Positions 14,325-28,200 of a stretch of DNA of 64,000 bases are shown piece after piece; position 1 is the first letter of the stretch; each line of letters begins with the position of its first letter. The translations under genes were made by a program, and so were the position numbers. The notes beneath the pieces are model-generated. The model searched no databases and was not told the origin of the DNA. It worked only from the letters and a program-made list of their open reading frames with translations. This stretch comes from Phoronis australis (taxonomy: Eukaryota; Animalia; Phoronida). Where the stretch lies: assembly GCA_002633005.1 (NCBI GenBank), contig NMRA01000236.1, forward strand, positions 432,861 to 496,860. Reading direction: 5' to 3'.

Positions 14325-15350
14325 GGGTACATCACATATCAAATTGACCGGATCATAGTACCCAGTACACACTGTGGACGGGTGATAATTACAGATTATG
14401 ATTGTAAGGTCCAGCAACTGCTCTATAGGACCAAATGAGTACTCACATCACCATGTATGTGTGGATGAGAACTCTGGACATCTGCTGGTAACTCAGGATA
14501 GGGCATGTCACATATCACATCAGCCGATTCTTAGTGCCAAGTAGACACGGAGGACGGGTGCTTATTACAGATTTTGACTGCACGATCCACAGCAGCTACT
14601 TTCTAGGACTGAATGAGTACTGACATCACTATGTATGTGTGGATCAGAAATCTGGACATCTGGACTCAGGCAAGGGTATATCACATATCACACCGACCGA
14701 CTCATAGTGCCACGTAGACACGGAGGGAGGGTACTCATTACAGACCTTGACTGTAAGATCCACATCAAATATTCTCTGGGACTGTATGAATAGATATTAC
14801 TACGTATGTGTGCATGAGAACACTGGTAAATCAGGATAAGGTATATCACATATCACCTCCACCGATTCATAGTGCCAGGTACAAACGGAAGATGGGTGAT
14901 TATTACAGATTTTGACTGCAAGGTCCATATTAACTGCTCTCTGGGACTGAATGAGCACTAACATCAATACGGATGTATGGATGAGAACTCTGGACATCTG
15001 GTGGTAACTCGAGATAGGGTATATCACATATCACACCGAGATTCATAGTGCCAGGTAGACACGGAGGACGGGTGATTATTACAGATGTTGACTGCAAGAT
15101 CACAGCAACTGCTCTTTGAGACTGAATGAGTGCTGACACCACTACTCAGGATAGGGTATATCACATATCACACCGACAGATTCATAGTGACAGAGAAACC
15201 CTGTGGATGGGTGATGAGTACTGACTATGACTATAGTATACAGTGACTGCTCTCTAGGACTCATATCAGTATGCATGTGAGGATGAGAACTCTCGACGTC
15301 CTGTGGCAATCAAGGTGGCCTCACTCGTGTGCATAGGATGGACTATATAG
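14325..15350 (+). repeat. Tandem array of six 137-178 bp units derived from the propeller-coding segment
   Basis: Units start at 14325, 14501, 14674, 14839, 15017 and 15154 with GGGTATATCACATATCAC-like sequence. Confidence 0.9.
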
Positions 15351-16268
15351 ATGGTGTGTACAGTTTCAGAACTTTACATTAAGTCCAAACAGCGCATCAC
15401 TGTTCAGAAGAAATACATTCACAAAAATGACTATACGAGACTACTGGGTATATTTGGCTTCAAGGCCATATATACACCAACGGTGTACCTGGGATTGCCT
15501 ATGATATGCATTGGAGTCAAGGTCTTGAAAGTGGAATTGTGCCGTTAATGAAGATCATTCTATAGTAAAGGACTAGCACTCTTTCTAATGCCTTAAAAAT
15601 ATCTTCTCGTCAGTGAAGCCATAACTCTTGAATTACTTTCAGAACATAACAAAGGCGCGAGTACACACACCACACTGCCCCGCATACACAGACAGACACA
15701 CACTTTCTTGGTAATGGCTGCCCGACACAATTCATAATAACCCTCTTACAGCATACAATGTCCTTCTACAACTTCTCCTCAAGATGGGGGTCTGGCTAGA
15801 TACAGAACACACCATAGGTATTCAGACAAAATGACCAGTTACTTCCCGACATGACAGCTGAGTGCAAGCTATAGTAGCCTACAGAGATGCGATACTATAC
15901 CCGTCATGACAACTAAGTGCAAGTGTAAATTTCTGTAGTGGACTGGACCATTAGCAGAAAGTCTCAGCTTTAAATCCCGGTCGGGACAGACGTCTTTTCA
16001 GACTTAACTATAGGTAATAGGATGTGACCAACATATAGCGTGTATGAAGACTAGTGCAAGTAACGTAGCATTTGTTTCACTATGATCCACTCCACAGAAA
16101 TTATTACATATTCCCTTATCAGATACAAACGCCAGACTTTGCAGTACGCATACTATCTAATGTGTACATGGAACACATGTCATTGTCACAGTCACCCACC
16201 ACTCAACCATGAAAAATGTTGCCAATAGCATGCCAAGATGTAATGAAGCACTGTTGGACTCTTCACCC

Positions 16269-19200
16269 TCAGTAGCGTATAGTCTTCTCAGGTGCTTGTT
16301 TATGGGCTATGTACAAAAAGCATATACTGGATACAGCACTGACTAGAAAGATGACGTCAAACCATCGGTGGTAGAAGTTGAACTGCAGATCTCCAAGCAC
16401 TTCAGTGATTATACTCCTATGAACAGAAAACAGATTTCCACTTAATTGGCATTGAAAGGTCATCAACACAAAGCCAACATGGGAGATGCTCCTGTCTCCC
16501 AATATTTAAGAGCTGAGGTTTAACATTTCCCCGTCAGTGCTAGACCCTCTAGACTTCTTCATAACTTGTGAATGAACTAGTATGGAATGAATATGTTCGT
16601 TAAATTGACTTGTGCCAAATTCACTAAAACCATTACTATAAAAATTACCCAATTTGGGACAGTAAAAAAACAATTATTGTGTTCAGGGTCGAAACTTGTC
16701 CCAAATTCCAGAAATAGGCAACGTTAGTCATTCTAAATTTAAAAATCCCTGGAAAGACAGCAAAACTGACCGCTATGTAGATTAAAACACATCAACTGAA
16801 ATTTGAGAAATACGGTGAATGCTAAAATTGCCCTTAAAGAAATTAATAGAATCAAGAAATTTCAATTTTTGCACGAGTTTCTTTGTCACAAAATCTGGAG
16901 AATATCCAAAATTGGAAAATTTTGACCCACGTGGTTCTAAACCATATTATCTTCCATATTATCTTATAATAAATTTACCACGAAATGGTATTTTCCCATG
17001 AAAGAGGCTTAACAGCTTGGCACAGCAAAGTAAGAACAATCAGTATGCTGGAGCATAAGTTGAACAGAAGGTGATTAAAAAGATATTACAATATGACAGA
17101 TATTCGACAGTCAAATGGTCCACTGGAAACCAGTCGACTCAACTCAGGCTTCACTTCACAATTAAAAGCAGATTGCTAAACATCATTAAGTATCCATGTG
17201 GTGCTAATACAGGGTGACCTTAAATGTACTCACACTTGGCCTACTGTGTGTAAGTGTGGGATCTAATCTCTGTACTCAAAATTTGACTTAAAAATTGCCC
17301 AATGGCATGGCACGCTTAGTTATCAATTTGCTCTAGAACCACGAGATATGATTGTTTATAATTGAAGCCTGAGTCTAAGTAGTGTCTGGGTTCTGAGATT
17401 ATATCTTCGGCCTTCGCATAAGCAATAATACATGGTCACGTGGTCTATAGCACAGCAACGAATTCTAATGTTGGTTAGAGCACGATGACTGTAATTAACA
17501 AGTGGTGAGTTGTCTTGCTCATGAATATGTATTTCTAACTTTGAAAAATGCCAAGTTGTTTTGCTGCTTTAAGTATTTATTTTTTATTACTTAAAAACAA
17601 GTGTAATGTGCTAAAAACAAGTGTAATGTGCTCTTACCTATATTGTGACGGCATGTTCATCCGCATCAGCAGTACTGATGAAACAAAATACATCCCCTGA
17701 AATTAAAATTTACTGTTAGGTCATATCATCACTACACTGAGTGGTTATAAAACATGCTTGAAGCTCCCGACCAGAGTTGGATATCACGAGTGCTCAGAAT
17801 CCAAGCTGTGAACACATAAGGTATACTACCACAAGGGCGTGGGTTTAATGTCCACGTCTTGACAAGCATTTGTTCACATGACTCATATCAGAATCTGTCA
17901 ATTTCCAGTAAAAGCACAGTCCATTCCTTCATTGAAATTAGTGTCAGTCACCAAAATCAAAATCCGTTACATAGGCATGGAACTAACAAGTGGAATGTTT
18001 TAAATACTAAATGCAAAGGGCCAATTATGACACTATCAAAACATCACAAGTGACATTCTCTTGTTTCCCTTTCCGCCAGTGGTATGCCGTTGACTAGACA
18101 GTATACCAAGGAAAGTTAGTTCAAGTAGATCGAGCACAGGCATAACCACACAATATACAACATAGGTCTCCGGCAATTACCACACACAATCAGTGCCCTA
18201 GGTCTAATCTCTGCAAAACTAGTAAACATACAAATCTGTACTCCAATCTTGTTGCATGTTTTCCAGAGTTTGAGTCGAGTCCTCTTTGTTCGGAGATTAC
18301 ACCTGGGGCCCAGAGATTGCTAGCCTGTTCACCTACATACATACACCCAGGGCCCAGAGACTGCTGGCCTGTTCACCTACATACAAACACCTAGACCCAG
18401 AGACTGCTGGCCTGTTCATCTACATACATACACCCGGGGCCCAGAGACTGTTGGCCTGTTCATCTACATACATACACCCGGACCTAGAGATTGCTGGCCT
18501 GTTCACCCATATACATACACCCAGGGCCCAGAGACTACTGGCCTGTTCACCTACATTACATACACTCAGGGCCCAGAGACTACTGGCTTTTTCACCTACA
18601 TACATACCATTATTTGAGCAAGGGCAAGTACGATGATATTGGATGATTTACTACTGGCGATGGCATAGAAGAACTTGGTGAGCGTGATGAGAAGACCTCG
18701 GATGGACGTGACAACGATGATGCCGACTAAAATGAAGGAGATGTGTTGAGACCAGAAGAGGATCTGAAACCAACACAAAATGGTATGAGAAAGAAATAAA
18801 CATTGTCACAAACAAAGACTTTCAAATTTTCCATGCTTTGTAGAACACCTCAATATGGTTCAAACGATACGTTTTGAGTATCACTCTGACCACACCAATG
18901 TCATTTTATTACAAATAAAATAAAGTGTAAGACTTATTTACCTATTCATCTATGCAATACGCACAAATGTGGCAAAACAGGATCTCTGTTACAACAATAG
19001 CTGCTGTTTTTTAAATACAAATTCAAATTCAAACTGTGAGTACCAAAAGAAACTCAAGCAACAGGAGTCGACATTAGCTGTATGCAAGAAATGAACAAAA
19101 TTCGGAAAACCAAATTTCCTAAAACAAAAAACAAAATAAAGGTATTAGATATTCAGCAGATCAAACCTAAATCCAAATCTTAAGTTCAGTTACCTGCTAA

Positions 19201-22200
19201 TAATGGGAGATTTTCAAATAGAAACTTGACGACTGGTCACGTGTGACCGGATACCAGAGACCTTTAGAGGACGAGGAGGCATTTTATGACTTTTGTTCAA
19301 AACACATTTTGTGTAAATCACATGCCCTGTAAAATGGTCTTTTCACGAAGTCGAACTGTTCCACTATGCCACCTGCCGCAAAAACAAAGTCCTTCCTGGT
19401 ACAGCTAGTGGCGATATGAGTCAGCAGTCCCGCGTGATCAACCCCATTGTTCCCTCAATTCAGTCATTTCAACTTACATCAAACTTGATGCCAAGGTAGT
19501 TGACAGCAATTTCAATACCTCGAGTGACTGGATCTGTCTTCCCCACTCTGTCAAATATAATGTTGATGGTGGCCTGAAGTATCAATAAAATGTAGATATA
19601 AACATTTAAAATAGTTATGTCAGGAGCAACAAATCATTCTTCACTTGTCCAAGTCTGCACTGAAGTGTGTAGCAAACCAACTTATTGAAAACAAGATTAA
19701 TTGCACAATGTGTTTTCTACTCCCGGAAAAGACAAGAGTTGAATCCGCGATGTGGGAATTCATCATGACAAAACAATAAAATACAAAAGCCACAGATATG
19801 AAATCGTTTAGTACAGTAAAATGTTCAGCAAATATCAAATTTTGCCTCCTATAAATTTTGATGACTGCAGTCACAGACCAAAAAATGCCTGTCAACATCA
19901 ATATCACCCAAAGTCACATGCCTTCTTGAAACACCATGATCTGCCTAACGCTAACTAGAAAACAATTTCACATTTTTGCTGTCTCGGATCGATATACTAT
20001 TTCCAAAAAGTGAGCAACAAAAAATAAAACTGCAAGTTTCAAAAAAAAAAAATGATTTCAGAACCAACTATGCTCTTTTAGCCTAACCTTTGAAACTAAA
20101 CTAGAGTAAAATTAGTCCCTAAGCTAGAGTAAAATTAGTCCTACTCGATAATGTTTTACCATGTTGCACAATGTGAAGAACAGTTGTTGATAAGAATAGC
20201 AAACTTATAAGTTATTTTAGGAATTAACGAAGAACCCATTTGCCTGCCACAAGATAAGTTGCATAGAGTGGTTATTAATTGTTTATAGTGAGCATTCTGA
20301 CTCAACAGTTGGGCTTCTGGGACGAGCTTACCGTAACATAACTGAGCTCACATTTATGCGACATCTACATTTTATATTCTTTTATGTTGGCAGGTCCTTT
20401 GCTGGAACGAGTTGACATCTGTCAACAAATTCATCAGGTACTGCCAGCAAAGGAAAACCATAAATCAAAGGAGCCCAGCATAGACAATCACACAACACTT
20501 ACTAACAGAATCTTATGGCATAGCTGTTTATACAATAATGGGTTTGTTGAAGCCTTACTCGTCATAAAAGCAGTCAACTCACCATGAATATTTTCCACAT
20601 GCAATAAATAGAGAAAAAATAACCAAGGAAGTTGAAATATTTTCCCTTGAACGTCTTGGAGTACTGCATGCGTTCCTAAAATATGTCAAGACATAAAATT
20701 AATACTTTCTCAAATAAAGGTTCACAGGAGACGTTCCCAAAAAATAACTAAAATTCGTTTCCCATGAAACTGCATTTCACATTTATTCAGTTTTCTGTTT
20801 GTAATATGTAGGGTCAGGCATTGTTCGCTTATATACACACATACATCACATAATTACATGCGATGCGAATAAATTTCTCAGGCATGAAAAACTGAAGCTG
20901 AAAAATTGTATCACATCAATAAAGTTTCAGACTTTTGGAATGAACAAATTTTCATCCAGACCAATTTGAAAGTGGTGAAAAGCTTTAAACCCAGACATTT
21001 GATACACTAATTGCTTAATTATGAACCAATTACTAGTCAGTATTATTACAGGCTACTTTGTAGTCTGATAGCATTTAATTATATCAATAATTGCTATCTG
21101 TAACAACTTGACACTAATAATCTATATCACTATCCACTATTAGTAACTGCTACTTAAGTAACTGACTATAATTGCTAGATAAAGTTTTGCAACACTAGGA
21201 TACTCAACAACAAAATTATTTACCTGAGTATTGTGCAAGTCAACCGACTCCAGAAAAAGCTGGCGACTAAGTTCCTCAAGGGCCGCTGTCTCTTGTTTCA
21301 AGGCTGAAAGATCTAGAAAAACAATGATTTGAACCTATAGTTGATGCAAACAATATAGGATGGCCAAACTCCCACTCTGGTCTGATTACCATATCTGGTC
21401 ACGGCATAAATATCGTTGTTAGCATCTAAAACCAATCTACGTAGGACCCAACAGAAAAGTCCAAATTTGACTAACTTCAGAACATCACATCTCCGAAATG
21501 GCAGACCGGATTCATATGAAGCTTTGCGATACAATGGTTTATGCACTTTTTCCAATACGCTGTAAGGACTTGCTTTTAAAATGCTCCACTCTGCATGATG
21601 GGCTTTCAGAAATAGGATTTTTAGCATTACCACGGAAAAAAAAATCAGTTGCGTAAAACAAAAACAAAGTTAATTTGCTAAATTGCAACAGCATCTTTGA
21701 CAAATTAATATCAAATAGAATTTGGTCATGTTACTGATTGTGTTGTATTGTTATTAATGCTCTTTTCTTTTTGCAAATTTTATCAAAAAAACATTGCCAC
21801 TTGAACCAATTAATGACAAATTGCTAAAATAATCTGCAATCAAATGCTACAGACTTTCCACTTTCAGAAAACAAATTATTTTACTGTTATATAGCTCTAT
21901 AGATCTTTGACTAAGTACATACAGACATGGCAATGTCCCCAATAACGTGGTTTACTCACTCTCTGAAGTTCCTGTTCCCGAAGTAGTCACACTTTTCAGC
22001 ATGCCCCACAATCCCCTTCTTTCCTGCGTAGTGGCACGACTCCGTAAGTTCTCCCTTTCTGCAAGTGCTATCCTATAGAAATTCAAAGTTTGAGAGCTTT
22101 TGTTAATGGAACCAGCAGTCACGCATAATAAGATGAGAAAAAATAATGAAAAATAGTTTTAATCCACAAAATTTGCTTACCCCAGTTTAAGACAATATTT

Positions 22201-25200
22201 TGCTATGTTCTCATGAGTCAAAGCCTACCACAAACTTTTGCTATCTTTGTCTAAAACACCAACTGTGTTGGTATAAGAGTGCCCATACTTTACCTGGCAT
22301 TATTAATGGTGTTGCCCTTAATCTGAAAGCAAAATAGACTACTTACCTTTTCTTCTTCATCACAATCATTTCCATAGTTTGCATCAATCGTTTTTCTGAC
22401 GCAGCAATGTCGGAGTCGGTCACTTCCCTGAGAATTTAAAGTGCATCACAGTTTTATACAAGCTACACTATCAACTAACAAACCACGAGCATTTGACACA
22501 GACCTACAAATAGCTGTGTAAGAAAAGTAATCACTGAAAATGCTAGAAACAGGTAAATGCTTTCATTTATTGTAACTCCAAAGAGCATGTTACAAAATAG
22601 TATTCTAAGCCAGTTCATACCTAACAATATTAACAAGACAATGTTGTGATACATTCAAGTTCATTCTAAGTTTTTGAGACACATTATCATATTCCAAATA
22701 TGGTAATGCAGTTCCTACAACCTGGGCCTGATTACATAGAAGTTGTACACTAGACAGCAACAATGTCATCACATCAACAAGCGTCACATTGTCATTTTTG
22801 AACAACGCATTTGGCATCTTGCAACCATAAAATAGATAATTTTGAAATTCTCAGTATGCAACTCAGCCCTGGATACCAAATATAATTTCAGCTGACCAAC
22901 AAACACCTAAAATTAGCTGAGCTAATAATCACGCAAACCAGTCTAGTCTAAGTTGGCAATCAATATTATGAGATTCAGGTGTGGTGATTAAGGACACTAC
23001 AGACAGGTTGGAAAAACTTTAACAATTTCATTGAATTACCTGATAAAGTATACCATGTACGTGTACGGACAGTTGACAGCACCAAATCCAGACAGTAGCG
23101 CCATCAGAGTGACACCAATGACACCAACTCTGCCTATACACTGCTCTATGGACAGGATACCTACAGTAAAGCCATATAGCACTTTGTCTAGCAGATATCA
23201 TCCAAAGCACATATGCTACTTATAGACTTCAAGCCACGATGCAAAGCACGAGCTGCTAATTTGAAGCTGCGTGTGTGCAGTAACTGTGGCAGCTAATTCA
23301 TTTAGTGCCACTTCCCCAAATCGGCCAAACAGTGTACTTGAGGTGATTGGTTTTAGAAAGTCACCAGTTATTAACAGCAGCAACACTGCTAAATATCAGC
23401 ATCTAGTGTCAAGTATTTTCCCAGATTGAGGATGGCAAGAGCAACAATTACCCGGCGTCATACACTAGTCACTCAGCTGATATTATTAGTAATTATAGAT
23501 GCAGATATATCAAATAAAATGAACACCTTGACTTTACAAAGTACAAAGAACAGGAAGACATAAGACAAAACAAAACAAAACAAAAATTTGAACTGCATAG
23601 TGAAGAAGTCAAGTATATCACTTTAAATAGATTCTCCCACAACACCATTACCCTTGTCAATGAATCAGGAATATTTAGTATACTACTACCTCATCGCCCA
23701 ATTGACATTCACACAATTCCGAAATTCTGAATTAACACATTTAACTATTTAAAAAATATATTCATCAAATGGAATCGTCTCATGGTCATCATATCTCTTC
23801 TCGTCACTCTGCAGACTTTGAAACTAAAGCTATGAATAGTGCGTGGCTATGTTGAGACAACTCACCGTGTTTAGGGCTCAACATAGGGAAGGGGTCGCCG
23901 ATCTTCCAGAAAAAGTAGAGGAACACCAACCAGGTGAAACAGGTGAGGGTGAGGCGCACATGACCCTTTTGGGGAACTGGAAGGACACTTACAGAATCAT
24001 CACCAAAGTAATGCTATTAATTACACGATCATTAGCTCCGACCATTATGCCGAGAATTACACAATCATTTGCTACGACCATTATACCGAGAATTACACAA
24101 TCATTTGCTCCGACTATTATAACGAGAATTACACAATCATTTGCTCCGACCATTATACCGAGAATTACACAATCATTTGCTCCGACCATTATACCAAGAA
24201 TTGCAAATGCATGGCTACAATGTGGCTAACCTCTAAATGCATTTTCCAAGATTCAGTTTTTGTTTTCCGTGAATTATTAAACCCACTGAAGTAGGTCAAT
24301 CATAATTTTTTGCTCACAAATTCGATAAAGTGTTTTGCAGGAACTCTCCGCAAAGTTCTCTAGTAAATTTGCCACAAGCTTTGCCTCTTCATGTTGAAAC
24401 AGGTACGCGGATGTATGACCTTCAGATGTGATCTTGGACAATTGAAACACTCCTCATTCACTGCATAAATAGAGCCGCTCTGCAATTTTTTATCAGATAA
24501 TTCCAAGTTAGCACTTCCAGATAAATAGAGTCGAGATCCATCTTGCTGGTAAATGATCACTGGTAGTTGAAAACTTTCATTTACATTGCGGTACATTGTT
24601 TCAACAGGATTTCACCAAATTCACCATTTTAAGTGACTGAAGAGTATTCCAGTAGAAAGGCCAGATTCAGTTGCACACACACATAATAATGACCATTCCA
24701 AGTAAGAATTGGTTGGCAGATTGACAAATTCTGAACAAGACCTCTGTGTTCCTTGAAATTCTCGATTATACTACAGAACAAAATAACTGGCATATCAGGT
24801 GAGGGTTGTAATTTTTTGTTAAAAGACAGACAAAGTCTTTCGTCCTTTTGAGGTTCTACGGCTGTGTGTCAGTTTTGATAACCAAAAACAATACAGCATA
24901 GTGATACTACCGTCAAATTCACAAAAAACAAGTTCCATTAATCCCATTCCCAGACAATAGGTGACAGCACTGCACATAACATGGAACTTCCAAAAGAGTA
25001 GTCACTCTCTCAAAACTCAGCTTCTGGTTATTTAATAGAGGACAAATGCGTTAATGAACAGTCACGGTGGTCGCAGTTCATGCATACCATCAGATTTTGT
25101 GTATTGAAAGCTCGCATAGGCCCATGTCAGCAACAGTGCATGTGGTCAACTTACCAAATCGAATGTTACAGACAATGAAGTAGGCTATACAGAATGGCAG

Positions 25201-28200
25201 AGCGAATATTAAACACGTCAACATGGCATAGAGGCCCAGCTTCCAGTGGAAGTAACGAGAGCTGAAAAAATCATTACAAGACTATGAGTGACTTCTTGCA
25301 CATTCATAATAGAAATAATGTATAAAATATATAAAGAAAAGCATTTCACATTCGTTTTTGGCCAAAATATGAGTACGAGCTTTAAAACAAAATCAGCGCA
25401 TACATAAACAAAGACAATGTATTAGTCGATGTTTCGGATTATCATTAAAACCATTCTCAAGACAAATGTTCTTCACCTCCAGTCAGGTAACACAGAACAG
25501 TCTGCACAGGTACCCATCAAAATGTATTGTGAGGAGACAGACCAGAAAGCATCATAATTCGATAAATTTTGAGTCTGAGTTCTGACATTACAACCCTCCA
25601 TGGGAATGGTCCAAAGTAATTCAGAATCTGTAAAGACTATGAATGGTCATGTGAGATCAAATTAAAAAGCCTCCCGTAGATTCCACAGATAAAGTGCACT
25701 GATCACCAAATTCATCAGTATTTATAGTCTGCCACATATTTCATAATGTACGTACTCAAGACCGCAGAAAACAATAGGACTGAAATAGATACCTTGATTC
25801 CAAAACGCCGAGAATTTCAAAGATGATCAGCTCAAACATGGTACACGATAATGAGAAGGTCACGGAAAAGATGAGCAAGACGATGGAATGGTGGACCTGG
25901 AAAACAATGAGCATCGTGTTCACAACCAATCTTTGAGACCAAAAGTACAAGCCGAGAGTATTAAAAAAATGACCCATAATTCCGGTCATGATGGCTGGGC
26001 AGAAGCTGAATTCATCATCTTAGTCTTTCCTCGTTACTGAGAATAAAGGGGAATTAACAAAATACTTAGTAAGGTGGCCATTTTTGTTACTCACAGAATT
26101 AGCCGTCTTGACAGGTAAACGTTTTTTTGAGTAATTGTGTCTTGTACTACACTTGCTAATGATATAAACTCTAAATGTCATTAACTGTGCAGTGATTATT
26201 TATGTGTACTACATATTTGCTGAGTTGTATGCGGATCACTCGTAAAAGCTACATTTCGCTCGTTAAGACGACGGGAAAACATGAAAGGATAGGCCTTTTA
26301 CTATCTTAAAATATGTGTCATTTTCAAATTTACATTTTCATGTTTGGTCAATTTCACGACCAACTATAACGAATTCCATAGCCTTTTCCCCCCGCATCCT
26401 TCATAGTTTTGATGTCCTTGCTAGTAACAGAAATAAAATCTTATCACGGCAAGGAATATTATGAGACCTAACAGTTGTTCTCCAGTTTTACTATGACAAT
26501 GATTAGAAATATCTTTGTAACAGGACTGACATGATGTAGAACAAAACATTTGACATTCCATCAGTGACTGCATACATTAGCCCATCTCTCTTACTTAAAA
26601 GCCACCAGAGTGTACATCTATCACACAGTACTCTTTATTGATGAAAAACTTAATTCTTCATTGAATAATTACAGTGAGTTATCCAAAAATTCATCAATAC
26701 TCAACACATTCAAAAGTCAGAAATGTCTATCAGCATTTCATACCTCATAATCTCTAAACAACTTCTTTATGAAAAATACCCATCCTCCACCGAAGAAGAT
26801 GATCTGAAAAGATAAAAACATCTAAATATTACGTCTTAAAAATGCAAACAACTCAAAAATGTAATGTGATCTGTCAATATAAAAACTACCTTTAAGTACA
26901 TAGTAAATAAATGTAAAAAAAATCAAATTGCCACCAAGTGGCACATTCGTTGTCAGATACCTCCACCAGAGGCCGCTTCCTGCTCTCAAGTTCATATGAG
27001 TAGACTAGCTAAATCAAACATGGTTTTAATACAAGAACTCAGAAAATTGAAGTTTTTATAACTCTTAGCTCTAACCTAGGATCAGTAGTCTGAGAAACAG
27101 CAGAATATTACGTGTGTTTGTATATTAATCATCGAATATGATTCAGGGACCGCAATGCTACTACTGAAAAGCCGACACTGTTAGGGGTAGTTCCAGGAAA
27201 CTCAGACGACAGAAAAATCTGAACGAGTCTAAATAAATTTCAAATATAATAACAACCAAGCTGCATTACCACTAAACAAAATATTAATCAGGTCGTTGAT
27301 GAACAGTAAGAATTTATTTACCATCTCACTTAAATTACAACAAAGTTTCAGAACATATGACACATATTTAGCACCTTACTTTGTGTGGTGATTTTGAATG
27401 TCTGCGCTAAGTACACTCTCTTAGGTTATATTTAGCCCATGTCATGTAAATGAACATGAATTTACTTGACACTTAGATGGTTTAGCAATTTTGGCTAACA
27501 TCTTTAAAAGTCTAGCGCGAACCTAGTATATTTTGTAACTTTTCCACGTATTTTGCACCAAATTAAACGGCCTATTGTCGCCAATTCCAATACGGGACAC
27601 ACACTCAGCAGCAGCGTTCACACCTTCAACTTCATTAAGACATGAAAGCAAAGTTCCAAACATCAAATTTTTTGTATAAAGCAAACTACGCTTTACAATA
27701 AACATTGTGAAATTGCCTGATGACAATTGGGACGACTATTTAGACGACCCCAGTCAACCACCCGGGGACTCACATACAGTCAACCACCCGGGGACTCACA
27801 TACAGTCAACCACCCGGGGACTCACATACAGTCAACCACCCGGGGACTCACATACAGTCAACCACCCGGGGACTCACATACAGGCCCGTATCAGAATGTC
27901 AGCTAATTAATTGAATTAAAAGTTTTAAAGATAATGATTTTGATAAATTTGACTATTAATTGGTGCGAAATGAATAAGTTAGGTGTTTCCTTGGATTTCC
28001 ACGTATTTTGCACTAAATTTAACGGCTAGTCATCGCCTATTCTAATATGATGGAGACACGATGAAAGCCAATTTCGTTGTGTCCATGACGTCATAGACTT
28101 CGATTCGTTCGAGCGCCATCTCAACTTTTCTTAAACGGGGTTCACGATGGGGTTGTTGTATTGTTAAAGGCCTACTTAACTAACGACTGAGAAGTGCTAT

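Larger units (their letters stand above)
7790..15350 (+). pseudogene. Array of degenerate copies of an NHL-like beta-propeller coding segment
   Basis: Fragments translate on + as YVTCHGDKLIVTDTHRRWVISI (~7895-7965), VDESLGHLVVSLGNSGRVHVIDCT (~12175-12247) and GYITYQIDRIIVPSTHCGRVIITDYDCKV / NEYSHHHVCVDENSGHLLVTQ (14325-14496). These resemble NHL-type blades. Every copy I translated has stops or frameshifts. Confidence 0.6.

Noticed and set aside
15930-15995. tRNA/SINE-like segment (TTAAATCCCGGTCGGGAC)
   Set aside because: No cloverleaf and only a degenerate B-box; at most an old SINE fragment.
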